IMG/VR virus record: IMGVR_UViG_3300034104_001590
Span: 129 to 64,128 of that record
Direction: 5' to 3' (one strand)
Length of the DNA stretch: 64,000 nt
From: a virus
Lineage: Duplodnaviria > Caudoviricetes
The translations under genes were made by a program, and so were the position numbers. This document shows, piece after piece, positions 19,801 to 29,182 of this stretch (its first letter is position 1; every line of letters starts with the position of its first letter). The notes under the pieces are model-generated. The model had not been told where the DNA came from and did not search any database. It saw only the letters and a list, made by a program, of their open reading frames with translations.

Positions 19801-21412
19801 CAGCTTTATTTAAATCACTTGTCGTATCATTTTGAGAAGTAGGATTCATAGCGTGATAACCGTCACCTCCACCATCTCGGTAATTGTATCTTAATGGATC
19901 ACCTGGTCTCTCCTCATCTTGACCTGTTTTTGAGACAGCATCTTCTAAGTCAAATACTTCATGAGTCCAAGATACTTCACCTTCTGTATTAGCAGCTCTT
20001 ACAACTCCTTTGTATGATGAATCATAAGCCTCACCACCTTCATCCATTAATCCTCTTCTTTCTGGAAATTGAAAGTTTGTAAAGTTAGGGACTTCAACAG
20101 CATAAGAGGCACTACTATTTTTATCGAACAAAACAACTCCAAATCCAGTTTTTTCACCACGCATATTACTTTTATGCATAGCAGCATTATAAACGTGTTT
20201 ATGACCAGGCTTTCCTAAATTCTCTATAGTAGCAAACCCTGCGTCATTCTCATCAACAAAAGTAATCTCATTAGATATGTCTTTTTGATAATACCCTATA
20301 TTCATAAGGTATAACTTCTGATTGAAATATCTTATTGATTTAGCTCTTCTAATTGGGGATAAATCAGTTGATTGTTCTTCTAGTGTCAATATGGTAGCTC
20401 CAATAAAATTAGCTTCAGCTCTATCGAAAACATCAATTACATTCATTCCATTTATTATAGGAATCGTAGCTATAATTTCAGATACAGGCGGATTAGTTAA
20501 TGGATCCCCAGCATACCAAGAGTCTCTTCTTAATTCTATTGATACAAACTCAACATAGTTCTCATATCTCAATCGGATATGATTTCCATAAATAGTGCTA
20601 GATGAAATATCTGGATTACTTGAAAATGTTTGTTGATGTGGGTAAGAATACAATGTAGCACTACTATTTTTTCTTACAACAGGTATTAGTTCAGTAATAG
20701 GAGAAAAATTAGTTCTTTCACCTTGTGCGTCTACCATTCTATAAGAATAAGAGTAACTACCTACACATAATCCAGATGTTCCAACTACATAATCATATCC
20801 AGCATAAGATACATCTTGCTTAATAAATGCTGGCTTATGAAGTGTAGCAGATGGAGTAATGACATAAGCATCAATATTAAATGATTCAAAATACTTTTCA
20901 GTACATTCAAATCCATCTATCATCCCAGAGTTCTCCATTAAATCTTTAATAGAGAATACCATAGGAGTTGTATTGTTGTTAGTTACATATATCTCTCCAC
21001 CTATACAGCTCTCATTTTTATCATATTGTAATGGATGAAAAATATCGATTGGAAAATCTTCGCTATATAACACAATCTGACCATCTATACGCATAAATGG
21101 AAATTCGCCAACAACAGATGAAGCCCATATCTCTACAATATGACCATTTACTTCTTGAGCCATCATGCACTCATATCCAGCGAATGTCATACTTCCATCA
21201 CCAAGACATCTGTTGTCAATTAATGGATATAATGATTCTTCTCCTTTTATTTTTTTCTTAGCGTAATTATCTCCATCCATAGAAATACTACGCATATTCA
21301 ATGCATCTACGTGCTCTCCTTCTTCGGAGTTTCCAAGTATCTCTTTATTGGTATCAGAATTAATTCCTTTCTGATAAGTCTTAATATCTTGTGGATGATG
21401 TTGTTGCTTCAT
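16826..21412 (-). CDS. Tail nozzle/muzzle (stabilisation) protein, 1528 aa
   Basis: N-terminal KGINSD...DALNMR pattern typical of crAss-like muzzle proteins; beta-rich; lies between ring-like and cargo genes. Confidence 0.65.
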   Translation of the reverse strand: MKQQHHPQDIKTYQKGINSDTNKEILGNSEEGEHVDALNMRSISMDGDNYAKKKIKGEESLYPLIDNRCLGDGSMTFAGYECMMAQEVNGHIVEIWASSVVGEFPFMRIDGQIVLYSEDFPIDIFHPLQYDKNESCIGGEIYVTNNNTTPMVFSIKDLMENSGMIDGFECTEKYFESFNIDAYVITPSATLHKPAFIKQDVSYAGYDYVVGTSGLCVGSYSYSYRMVDAQGERTNFSPITELIPVVRKNSSATLYSYPHQQTFSSNPDISSSTIYGNHIRLRYENYVEFVSIELRRDSWYAGDPLTNPPVSEIIATIPIINGMNVIDVFDRAEANFIGATILTLEEQSTDLSPIRRAKSIRYFNQKLYLMNIGYYQKDISNEITFVDENDAGFATIENLGKPGHKHVYNAAMHKSNMRGEKTGFGVVLFDKNSSASYAVEVPNFTNFQFPERRGLMDEGGEAYDSSYKGVVRAANTEGEVSWTHEVFDLEDAVSKTGQDEERPGDPLRYNYRDGGGDGYHAMNPTSQNDTTSDLNKAVNNRVSINSESADFPLWDDYTPPAFGPNYYAQGFALKGIDTYPDWADGFSVVQTDPANRVVAQGLGFYSLIEADPGLGTDTQKEVDSFWAYFPDLELLTPEIAEDLVNNNGAGYKIQCVSPLGYFSEVYNTRKPELENKRKGADIITYARVIKDKFTTTATEQINPVLGNYSGIQDDVVHDPLLVNRYVAYGRFTNSITPDAPEFPSNGSGNHEFTILEVNDVTTNSTRQTYFRIQLTESIYNELGMNGHSNPILGHNDATNDGVLEWREPMYVINLIKDSNINPGLTTEYKYTGNYIKFKSLVLESNGSNGQTATLVSERWEDCIPQITSQINGLSTYGALKRFVYVVGTDEIERRWMNVSFESGPTITTILTALNTFGVYNDAVVTDGFDIYGIYTSTQSSGDVDGICQVFTLNFNETPGYTDFTVPAPGSKVYVKYDNRIPVRVFGGDTYINESIWAVLDNEYDKNGDPKDSTNEFFMNAPFPLKSYDFVDTYPVWENSDAWNYEYGYGFQFCDNLGLDAATIRQLITMWTAETRINLSFAFNNEAPDKANSDQFFPLINYIPRPYKWNNDNPSDRTTFENDNNLITEYFDDYGYEWNLWVYGGFRFTPQVNIDYSKSQTTELFTSIPAVGFTEETDFCTRIIWSLKRPINSQDTPSVKTFLPSAYFDISDDTGEIKFAWSGLSSDKGNNLYALTDSGVCLLMVDKRVVTEINANELATVGSDAGGILNQIWIDKTIGMHDETWRSWAEYSNVLFFCNGIAAYTFGDNQLTDISKTGFFELLNRRFNSLIGQGYEAKLSGGFNVLTKEYVMNVCTRNEFPEFNTLIFGTQQASLQCQSTYNYDKYLYYKNHFFGMKNQGDYNGTFELGIGNIINGNDIPCYLTGLSDAVIIADKEFIRIRVNSNSKPEQIYFYKSFNDYKTDTYDSVVDALAVPLSIKNYFGYECYIPRSVVAPHYRNQGRVLIFKIVSSADEEFLVTSTGVQYKALK

Positions 21413-21585
21413 TACTTTTTCTTAAATGGAAATCTTTTATTCAAAGTGTCTTGTCTTTCAGAACAGCCGCAATCTTCTTTTCCAGCTGCCTTAGCTACAA
21501 ATTTAGCAACTTTATCCATAGTAGTCAATTTAGCTACTTTAGCAATTACATCTCCAAGACCTCTAAGCTCTTGTTTTTGATTCAT
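21412..21585 (-). CDS. Small conserved phage protein (57 aa)
   Basis: MNQKQELRGLGDVIAKVAK...KEDCGCSERQDTLNKRFPF; coupled to both neighbours; below the ORF-track cutoff. Confidence 0.7.
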   Translation of the reverse strand: MNQKQELRGLGDVIAKVAKLTTMDKVAKFVAKAAGKEDCGCSERQDTLNKRFPFKKK

Positions 21586-21857
21586 CACCACTTAACTTTA
21601 TTGGCCCAAAAGGCCGCACTTAATTTACCCTTAGCTATATTCTTAGCGTGACGAGACTTAAATCTTTTTCTTCTATTTGCATAAGCTTCAGATTCTCCTT
21701 CTTTCTTTGGAGATCCTTTAACTCCTTGCTGTCCAAATCGAATTATTTTCTCAGTTCCACCAGAACAAGCCTTAACAATATGAGATTTCTTAGGGTGACT
21801 AGGTGTGCTCTTTGGAGAGTTACACTTCATTGCTTTTTTATTTACTCTTTCAGCCAT
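21585..21857 (-). CDS. Small basic conserved viral protein of unknown function
   Basis: KIIRFGQQG...RRKRFKSRH...SAAFWANKVKW motif. Confidence 0.65.
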   Translation of the reverse strand: MAERVNKKAMKCNSPKSTPSHPKKSHIVKACSGGTEKIIRFGQQGVKGSPKKEGESEAYANRRKRFKSRHAKNIAKGKLSAAFWANKVKW

Positions 21858-21862
21858 TTTAT

Positions 21863-22495
21863 CTATTGGTTTTTGTTTTTAAATTCAGTCATATAAAGAT
21901 AATCAGTTTCGTAATTACTTTTATTTTCAATTGAATAAACAGTCATATCTATTTTATAACCAGGATTAGATTCTATTCTATTAAATGTCCAAGCATTATC
22001 ATTCCATATAATTCTATTGTTAGGATATATAAAGAAGTTGCCATTGTCCATTTTAAATACATGACCGCATTTGTGCTCTGGAGTTTCAGAAAAATTAGTA
22101 TCTAACATATTTCTATTCTCATGCGCCCAATCCAAAGTGAACATATAAGTTCCTCTTCTTTTAACTCCCGATATTGATATTAGATCAGCACTTAAACCAA
22201 ATAATCGCTCTCTAATTTGAACATCTATATAATTTGAAAAACAATCCCAATAGACATATTCTGTCAATGGTAATTTTTCAGCATTCTTCTTCCATACAAA
22301 AGCGTTTATAGGCCTTCTTGTCCAATTTACACCATTCTCTAAAAAAGCTTCAAATAAAGGAACTCTCTTTTGAATTGACGCAACAGAATGAACATCTGCT
22401 AAAGTAAATTCATCATGACCTTTCTCGTGATTGAATAAGAACTCATTTTTTATATAACAAGTTATTGTTGGAATATTTGCATTCAAATAACTCAT
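21863..22495 (-). CDS. Conserved phage hypothetical protein (210 aa)
   Basis: MSYLNANIP...WDCFS...EHKCGH...PNNRI motifs recurrent in aquatic phages. Confidence 0.6.
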   Translation of the reverse strand: MSYLNANIPTITCYIKNEFLFNHEKGHDEFTLADVHSVASIQKRVPLFEAFLENGVNWTRRPINAFVWKKNAEKLPLTEYVYWDCFSNYIDVQIRERLFGLSADLISISGVKRRGTYMFTLDWAHENRNMLDTNFSETPEHKCGHVFKMDNGNFFIYPNNRIIWNDNAWTFNRIESNPGYKIDMTVYSIENKSNYETDYLYMTEFKNKNQ

Positions 22496-22887
22496 TAACT
22501 TCTATATTTAGCAGTTTTTTCTCTTATCTTCTTCGGCTGAGGCACAAATTGTTTACCCATGGCCTTACCAATTCTTTTAGCTCTAGTTGTTGCTGCATAT
22601 TCTTGAGGTGTTAATGCTTCTCTCGCTGCTTTAGGTAAATATCTTTCTCCAGTTTCAGAACTCTTCTTTCCGCTCTTAGTTCCCCATTTCTCTTTAGTCC
22701 ATTTAGCCAAACTATTGCTAGATGACTTTTTACCTACATATCCTCCGCCTTGTTCTTTATATTTAGCTACAGCTAACTGAGCCTTTCTAGCAGACCATTG
22801 TCCAGGATTACCACCCTTGCTTCCAGCTTTAACAGAAGCAACAATTCGGCTCCATAAACCAGGATTCTTTTTCTTAGATACACTCAT
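22495..22887 (-). CDS. Basic conserved phage protein (DUF5872-like); start revised to 22887
   Basis: PGQWSARKAQL...GGGY...WTKEKW...ERYLP. The promoter element at 22902-22909 favours the ATG at 22887. Confidence 0.65.
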   Translation of the reverse strand: MSVSKKKNPGLWSRIVASVKAGSKGGNPGQWSARKAQLAVAKYKEQGGGYVGKKSSSNSLAKWTKEKWGTKSGKKSSETGERYLPKAAREALTPQEYAATTRAKRIGKAMGKQFVPQPKKIREKTAKYRS

Positions 22888-22922
22888 TAGTAAAATAATA
22901 ACAAATATACGATAATTATTAT

Positions 22923-23015
22923 TACATTTGTTTTTGTCGAGTGGTAGCGACATTTAAGAAATTTGAAAAATCCCTATAATGAAGAGACTACCACCTCGGA
23001 TTTATAGGGTTTTTT
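22923..23015 (+). promoter_or_regulatory. Promoter (TACATTTG) plus leader with hairpin and terminator whose loops are complementary
   Basis: TGTCG/CGACA hairpin with loop AGTGGTAG; CCCTATAA/TTATAGGG stem plus T-run with inner loop ACTACCAC. Confidence 0.65.
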
Positions 23016-23018
23016 ATT

Positions 23019-23570
23019 ATGGAAGAAATTTGGAAAGAAGTAATTGGATACGAAGGACTATATGAAGTATCTAATATGGGTAGAGTTAGAAGTGTTGACA
23101 GATATGTTAATTCTGGTGGATTAGGAGATAAAGATAGACTATCTCTCAAAAAAGGAAAGATATTAAATTGTAGCCCAACAAAAAGGGGATATACTAGAGT
23201 TAATCTATCAAGAGAATCAAAAATAAAACAAGAATATATACATAGATTAGTTGCTGTTGCATTTTTAAAGGATATAAAAGGAAAAGAAAATGTTAATCAT
23301 ATAAATGGAATAAAGAAAGATAATAGAGCTTGTAATTTAGAATTTGTAAATCAAAGAGAAAATGTATTACACGCTAAAATATATAATGTAAATAAAAATT
23401 GTCCATTTGTATCATATCTTAAAAAATATAATAGATACGAATCATCTATAATCATAAATGGAAAACCAAAGAAATTAGGTAGATTTAAAACAGAAGAAGA
23501 AGCATTTAATTCTTATGTTAAGGCATTAGAAGAGAATGGACTTGAAAATAAATACATTCTGCATAGATAG
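23019..23570 (+). CDS. NUMOD4-HNH homing endonuclease with AP2-like C-terminus
   Basis: EIWKEVIGYEGLYEVSNMGRVRS (NUMOD4); IHRLVA...VNHINGIKKDNRACNLE (HNH); LGRFKTEEEAF (AP2-like). Confidence 0.9.
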   Translation: MEEIWKEVIGYEGLYEVSNMGRVRSVDRYVNSGGLGDKDRLSLKKGKILNCSPTKRGYTRVNLSRESKIKQEYIHRLVAVAFLKDIKGKENVNHINGIKKDNRACNLEFVNQRENVLHAKIYNVNKNCPFVSYLKKYNRYESSIIINGKPKKLGRFKTEEEAFNSYVKALEENGLENKYILHR

Positions 23571-23572
23571 CA

Positions 23573-24343
23573 TTATTTATGGAACATACTCGAGATATAC
23601 TCGTTCATTGAATCCTTTTGTTTAGAATCCATTGACTTGATACGTTTTCTAGCTTTGTTCCAGCTTCCATTAGTTAAGTCATTTAACTTCTGATAAGCAT
23701 CAGTCCACAATGGTCTATACATTCTAGGATCTCTAGCTTTCATAGCATTATAGAACTTTTCTTCAACATAGTCAACTACAGCTCTTTCAAAAAAACGTGG
23801 GATAATAGGCATATCGCCATTCTCTACTCCCATTCCATTATATACGATTCTTAAATAAGGAAACATTCCTGTTTCTTTACTAAGCATAATAAGTCCATTT
23901 TGAACATTATAATAGAACTTCGGGCCATAATAACCTTGCATATTTCCAGTATATGTTCTTTGATTAGGTTGGTAAATATCAGCTCCATTACTACCATCAT
24001 CTTTCACCTGTGCTGTATATCCATTTCCGTCACTCGTATTATTGAATAATCGTTTCCAATAAATAACTTGACTCCTCATTGGATTACACAAAGTTCCATT
24101 GTAACCATAGATTTCACGAATGTTAAATACATTCTTAGGCATTTGATGCTGATGATTTGTAGGCATTTCAATATCCTCTTGAATTGTCAACCAGAATGTA
24201 TCAAAAGATAATTCTTGCATAGCATCTTGTATACGAGAGATATACCACCCTTTTGGAAATCCTTTCTTATAATCAGTATCATTCACAGTTGCTACAATTT
24301 CAGCAAGTAAATGGTCTATGGATACAAAATCGTTAGCTGTCAT
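23573..24343 (-). CDS. Putative tail ring/adaptor protein
   Basis: 256 aa, helical ends with beta core; one of three similar-sized coupled genes between capsid and nozzle genes. Confidence 0.55.
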   Translation of the reverse strand: MTANDFVSIDHLLAEIVATVNDTDYKKGFPKGWYISRIQDAMQELSFDTFWLTIQEDIEMPTNHQHQMPKNVFNIREIYGYNGTLCNPMRSQVIYWKRLFNNTSDGNGYTAQVKDDGSNGADIYQPNQRTYTGNMQGYYGPKFYYNVQNGLIMLSKETGMFPYLRIVYNGMGVENGDMPIIPRFFERAVVDYVEEKFYNAMKARDPRMYRPLWTDAYQKLNDLTNGSWNKARKRIKSMDSKQKDSMNEYISSMFHK

Positions 24344-25068
24344 TATTGTTGTTGTGTTTGTTGAGTATCAGGTAAATTAACTGCCCTATTAGCATACATA
24401 GAAGTATTTAATTGAGCTTCATCTTCACCTTCATTTGCATTTTCTTTAGGCATAAGCATAATGAATTTACCTAATTGTAATACTTGCATCATTAAATCTT
24501 GAATCATCTCATCTGGCAATGGAATCTCTTCATCTATATTACATAGCTTTTTAGGATCCAAACTAGAACGAACTGCTATCTCTACATCCTTAACAGGAGC
24601 ACATTCAATACCTAATAAGTAAAGTCTGTTTACTCCAGTTCCATTAACTTCGTGTCCTATTCGATAGAAATAAGGATTCTTTGAACTAGGCTTCGTGTAT
24701 TCATCACCATATAGATTTTGAACACTTCCAATGTTTACTGGTTGAAACCATACTTGAGCAAATGAAGGGCCTTCACAACTACAAGTTTCCTCGTTGTATG
24801 TAATGTAAATTACCCCACCATTGTTAGGTAAATCCATTACTTGCGTTGGTAAATCAATATACTTTCTTCCTTTAGCGTCAGCGTGAACTGGAATGCTATC
24901 AAATGTTGAAGTAAATAAATCAGATCCAGTAGCCAATACTTGCTGGATTCTAATTCTATTAGCGACAACCATTACCCAATAAAGAACTTGATTAAATGTG
25001 AAATCAGCATCATCAAATGTTGCATTGAAGTTCTTCTGTAAATCGTAAACTACATATCTATACGTCAT
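24343..25068 (-). CDS. Putative tail ring/adaptor protein
   Basis: 241 aa; C-terminal IPLPDEMI pattern; position. Confidence 0.55.
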   Translation of the reverse strand: MTYRYVVYDLQKNFNATFDDADFTFNQVLYWVMVVANRIRIQQVLATGSDLFTSTFDSIPVHADAKGRKYIDLPTQVMDLPNNGGVIYITYNEETCSCEGPSFAQVWFQPVNIGSVQNLYGDEYTKPSSKNPYFYRIGHEVNGTGVNRLYLLGIECAPVKDVEIAVRSSLDPKKLCNIDEEIPLPDEMIQDLMMQVLQLGKFIMLMPKENANEGEDEAQLNTSMYANRAVNLPDTQQTQQQ

Positions 25069-25069
25069 C

Positions 25070-25828
25070 TTACAATACTGTTAATAGTTGTTGAATGTCT
25101 TGAGCAGAAACACCATATAGATTTGTTTGATCTCCTTGCTTATATGAAATGTAATTCAATGCTTTATCGAATAACAATTGAAATACACTATGAGGGAAAT
25201 TAATCTCATCCGCTAATGATGTAACTTGTGTAGGCTTTTTAGCCCAAAATATCGTAACCTCTTCATTCGGCACAGATGGTCTTATTTCCAATTCCTGCGT
25301 CAAATAAGAAGTTGAAGTTCCTTGATAATTAATAGGAGTCAAATAAGCATATAATTTTAACTCATCACATATTTGATTTCCTTGATAACCAGCTTCAAAT
25401 GGATTGTCATAGTTAACAGCCCATTCTTCTAGGTTAAGTCTCTTACAAGATAATTGAGATGACAAATGAAGTTTATTAGGTAAATAATAACTTCTTGTAT
25501 TGTCTGGAGTAGGAGGAACAGGAACTCCTGTTATCTGCCTTGTTACTGGCTTTGGGTATACAGCCAATATAGACCATACTTCACTTGGAAATACAGTCAG
25601 GGAAACCCTGGAGGTGTCGCTAGCACGAAACACCCCCGAAGTTGAAAGTTCCCTAAAAAATTCTTCGCCAATTTTATCCTGTCCATAAGCAGCGTTAACT
25701 ACGGAAGTAAGCCATTTAACAGAAGCATTAATAGATGGAATAATATCCATATCATCTCTATAATGATCTGAATTCTCAGCATCTAATGCAAATCTTATTT
25801 GATCTCTTAATTCCTGGACAGTAATCAT
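25070..25828 (-). CDS. Putative tail ring/head-tail adaptor protein
   Basis: MITVQELRDQIR start, KKPT...INFPHSVFQLL pattern typical of adaptor proteins. Confidence 0.6.
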   Translation of the reverse strand: MITVQELRDQIRFALDAENSDHYRDDMDIIPSINASVKWLTSVVNAAYGQDKIGEEFFRELSTSGVFRASDTSRVSLTVFPSEVWSILAVYPKPVTRQITGVPVPPTPDNTRSYYLPNKLHLSSQLSCKRLNLEEWAVNYDNPFEAGYQGNQICDELKLYAYLTPINYQGTSTSYLTQELEIRPSVPNEEVTIFWAKKPTQVTSLADEINFPHSVFQLLFDKALNYISYKQGDQTNLYGVSAQDIQQLLTVL

Positions 25829-25830
25829 AA

Positions 25831-26637
25831 TTAAGCAATTGTTTTTTCAATAATAGTTCTATCAGTGCTTTTATCAATAGTGGCTTTTTTCAAGCCTCCG
25901 TAAAGCAAACGTTCATGTTGAGCAATAGCTCTCTTGGCTGTTAACTCAACCAATTCTCTACGCATTCTTTCTGGACTTTGACTAACTGAAATACCTTCTT
26001 GTTTAGCTCTCGCTATAATCTGCATATCAGATAATCTTCCAATAGACTGTTGTGCTTCAACCATTTTCTGAGCCCAAGTAGAATCAATATTCATGGCTGA
26101 CTCCATGTTCTCGTAAAATGCAATCCCATATTGAGAATGATTACGTAAATAATCAACAACCTCTTGAGATTGAACTTTTACAGATGAAACAGAAACAACT
26201 TGTATTTCTTTTCCGCTTTTTCTTTTAGTTCTAATCAGTGGTTGGAATTTAATAGGCCCGTGTGGTGGCTCTGATTCAATTCCTCTTTTCTTGTCACCAT
26301 GAATAGAAAAGTTAAATGAGAAAGCAAAGAATACTACTGGTTGCTCTAACCAATCATCTTCTAAGTCACTCACATACTCTAAATCATCATCAAGCTCTCT
26401 CTTAGCTGTAGCTGTCTTTAATTTGTTGATTTGAGCAGTAAACTTCTCTTCCATCTCTCTCATCATTTTTTCAACGAATGATAATGGAATAGATTCTTCT
26501 TTTACTTCTTGCTTTACTTCTTCTTTCTTCGGTTCCTCAATTTCAAATGAAATACCAGATTCTTCTGCGTTCAATCCTTCAAATACTGATTCTTCAGCTT
26601 GAGGGGTAACGTCTTTATTTTCTTTTTTGATTGCCAT
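25831..26637 (-). CDS. Hypothetical morphogenesis protein (268 aa)
   Basis: Intact ORF directly downstream of the capsid gene. Confidence 0.45.
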   Translation of the reverse strand: MAIKKENKDVTPQAEESVFEGLNAEESGISFEIEEPKKEEVKQEVKEESIPLSFVEKMMREMEEKFTAQINKLKTATAKRELDDDLEYVSDLEDDWLEQPVVFFAFSFNFSIHGDKKRGIESEPPHGPIKFQPLIRTKRKSGKEIQVVSVSSVKVQSQEVVDYLRNHSQYGIAFYENMESAMNIDSTWAQKMVEAQQSIGRLSDMQIIARAKQEGISVSQSPERMRRELVELTAKRAIAQHERLLYGGLKKATIDKSTDRTIIEKTIA

Positions 26638-26654
26638 TTTTATAAATTTAATAA

Positions 26655-26685
26655 TTAAATAAAGGGGGAGATTTTAGCCTCCCCC
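26655..26685 (-). terminator. Intrinsic terminator after the major capsid gene
   Basis: GGGGGAG/CTCCCCC stem followed by a T-rich tract on the minus strand. Confidence 0.7.
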
Positions 26686-26700
26686 AATATGTTGTGGATC

Positions 26701-27936
26701 TTAGTTAATATCCAACCATGCACAAGCAAGTGGGTTATGGAATTTAACACCCATGTTACAGTCAACCCAAATGTCACCGTAACGCTTAGGAACTCCATCC
26801 TCCAATTTAAGAGTATCACCAGAACGCTCACCCCATAATTGTGTTCTCTTGATGTTTTTCATATCAAGGATAACAATACGGTTAGCATAAGCACCAGGGA
26901 AAGATGCTGTATCTTCAAAACGCTTGAATGGTACAAGAACGATTCTAGAAGAACCTAAGTTAACTTCTTGAAGATTCAACAATGCGATCTCATCATTAGG
27001 AGCGTAACGAGTTAATTGCTCTTTGTAAGCCAAAGATAATGCACGGTGAACACGTGGAGTCATGAACGCCATACGAGCTTGACCATAATCACCATATTCA
27101 GAAGATAATACCATATCCTCAAATGCATCAACTAAAGTAGCAGATGTAGCAAGAGCGTTAGGAGAACCAGCTTCCAACATAGATGTAAATACACCACCAG
27201 TTGTTTTAGCAGGAGTACCGTTAGCTGTGATAACCTCACCTTTTTGTCCTGTCCAGAATGCGTTAGAAAGGTCAATTCTGTGTTGGTTGAACATTGCAGT
27301 TCTTTCCATTTCTAAGAAGTTAGAAGTAGTACCCATGTTTTTCAACTTGTGTAATTCAACTTCAGAGTAACGGATAGCTTTGTTGAACAACTGGATGTAG
27401 TTGTTACGCTCGATTGTAGAAGCGCGGAAGTACTGAGCGAAACCGTCAGAACCATCGTGATCTACAGAAGATACGTTAGCTAATACATCATCAGCCAATA
27501 CAGCTGGTAAAGTATCACCATTGTAAGGAGATACAGTGATTTGTAATAACGAAGTATCTACATTAGTAACACTACCTTTTTGTCCGTTAGGATAAGAGAT
27601 AATTGTGTTAGTTGAAATGTTATCAGTAGAAGCTACAGAAATAACTTGTGTAGTTGGGAAAGATACAGCAGCAGAAGCAGCAGTAGCCAAAAGAGGCTCT
27701 CTTTGGTAACCCATCTCCTGATAGAAGAATTCGTCAGAGTTAACTTGCTCAGCAGCAACCATATTCAACAATTTCAAATCCATGAACTGTTGTGGAGCAG
27801 CATCAAAGATAGCTCGGTTAGTTAATTTTTGGACTAACAATGAAATGTCATGTCCATACAACGCAGCATACTCCGAACCTACGGAGTTAAAGTTCTGGTT
27901 TAAAAACTTAGAACTTGGATCATTATATAACGCCAT
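26701..27936 (-). CDS. Major capsid protein
   Basis: 411 aa after the scaffold-like gene; NYIQLFNKAI, FWTGQK, TTGGV motifs of HK97-fold capsid proteins; followed by a terminator. Confidence 0.8.
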   Translation of the reverse strand: MALYNDPSSKFLNQNFNSVGSEYAALYGHDISLLVQKLTNRAIFDAAPQQFMDLKLLNMVAAEQVNSDEFFYQEMGYQREPLLATAASAAVSFPTTQVISVASTDNISTNTIISYPNGQKGSVTNVDTSLLQITVSPYNGDTLPAVLADDVLANVSSVDHDGSDGFAQYFRASTIERNNYIQLFNKAIRYSEVELHKLKNMGTTSNFLEMERTAMFNQHRIDLSNAFWTGQKGEVITANGTPAKTTGGVFTSMLEAGSPNALATSATLVDAFEDMVLSSEYGDYGQARMAFMTPRVHRALSLAYKEQLTRYAPNDEIALLNLQEVNLGSSRIVLVPFKRFEDTASFPGAYANRIVILDMKNIKRTQLWGERSGDTLKLEDGVPKRYGDIWVDCNMGVKFHNPLACAWLDIN

Positions 27937-27973
27937 TTTTTCTTTAATTTAAGCGGTTTGTAAATAAACTATT

Positions 27974-29152
27974 TTATGCGTAAGGATCATTTCTAAACAT
28001 TCCACTCAAGTGACCTACCGCTTCTTTATTTAATCCTCCGCCTGGGCTAGAAGATTTTTGCTTACGAAGCTGCTTAGGACTTGAATCGACTATTTTTTGA
28101 TTCGCCTCACTTTCACCTTGCCTTTTAGCTGCTCCTTTTACGGAATCCAACATTTTCTTGCCATACATAGCGTATGCAACTAATTCAGCTGCATCATCCT
28201 TATATGTTCCATCAGCATTCATAAACAGATTATCTACTTTTCCCTCAACCAAGAGAGTCCTAATTTTAGAAACTTCGGACTTACTGAAGTTAGGGTAAGC
28301 CTTACCTAGATTTTCTACGGAAAGGAGTGCTGTCTTCTTCATATTCTGAAATTCAGACTTCTGTCGTTCCAAGAACTCCTCACGCTCTTTCTCTAGTGCT
28401 TGTTTGTCTTCACTAAATAATCGTTTTGTTGAACTAGCTAAAAGCTTTATCCTATTATCAAACTCGCTTTCTGATATGTCACCATCCTCTAATTCGGACA
28501 CTAACTCATCATATTGCTCGCCAAAATAATGCTGAACAAGGCTCTCAGTATTTTGATTTTTAAAATCTGCTGAGAAGTCCAGTCTTTCTGAAGCGTTAAA
28601 AGCTTTTGTATAATCCTCTCCGTTGGCCCACATCTGAACCATCATACGAATATCTTGAGGCATAGCCTGTAAATCATTCGTTAGAGCATCATACTCTTTC
28701 TTTATCTCACTTCCTTCTTGTGCTTGCGATCTCCAAGTATCTACAGATGAAAAGAATTTAGAAGCATCGTTAACCCCAAACTTTGATGATATTAAATCAA
28801 TCATTTCTTTTGGTGGCTCAAAATTCAACTTAAATTCTTTTGCCTTCTTAGGAGCTGACATAATCCCAAAGATGTCCTCAATCTGATTGTCATCTTCTTC
28901 ACTATCATCATCTTCCTCCTCTTCGTAATCCTCATCCTCATCATCTTCCGATGCTTGGCTGCTTGACTTTACCAAGCTATTAACCAAGTCTTGATACTCC
29001 TTAGAGTTCGCAAAGCTAGGATCCATACTAGCCAACGATTCAATTTGTCTTAGCTGCTCCTGCATCTCTGGCTCTAAGTTCTCAACCACTGGCTGATTCA
29101 TTAAATCCTGTGATGCAGACTCAAACTCTTTTTCAAAGTTGTTATCACTCAT
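27974..29152 (-). CDS. Putative capsid scaffolding protein
   Basis: Acidic, helical 392 aa between portal and capsid genes. Confidence 0.65.
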   Translation of the reverse strand: MSDNNFEKEFESASQDLMNQPVVENLEPEMQEQLRQIESLASMDPSFANSKEYQDLVNSLVKSSSQASEDDEDEDYEEEEDDDSEEDDNQIEDIFGIMSAPKKAKEFKLNFEPPKEMIDLISSKFGVNDASKFFSSVDTWRSQAQEGSEIKKEYDALTNDLQAMPQDIRMMVQMWANGEDYTKAFNASERLDFSADFKNQNTESLVQHYFGEQYDELVSELEDGDISESEFDNRIKLLASSTKRLFSEDKQALEKEREEFLERQKSEFQNMKKTALLSVENLGKAYPNFSKSEVSKIRTLLVEGKVDNLFMNADGTYKDDAAELVAYAMYGKKMLDSVKGAAKRQGESEANQKIVDSSPKQLRKQKSSSPGGGLNKEAVGHLSGMFRNDPYA

Positions 29153-29169
29153 AACTATTTATTTAGGTT

Positions 29170-29177
29170 CAAATTTA
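29170..29177 (-). promoter_or_regulatory. -7 promoter element (TAAATTTG)
   Basis: TAnnTTTG upstream of the scaffold/capsid operon. Confidence 0.6.
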
Positions 29178-29182
29178 ACAAA

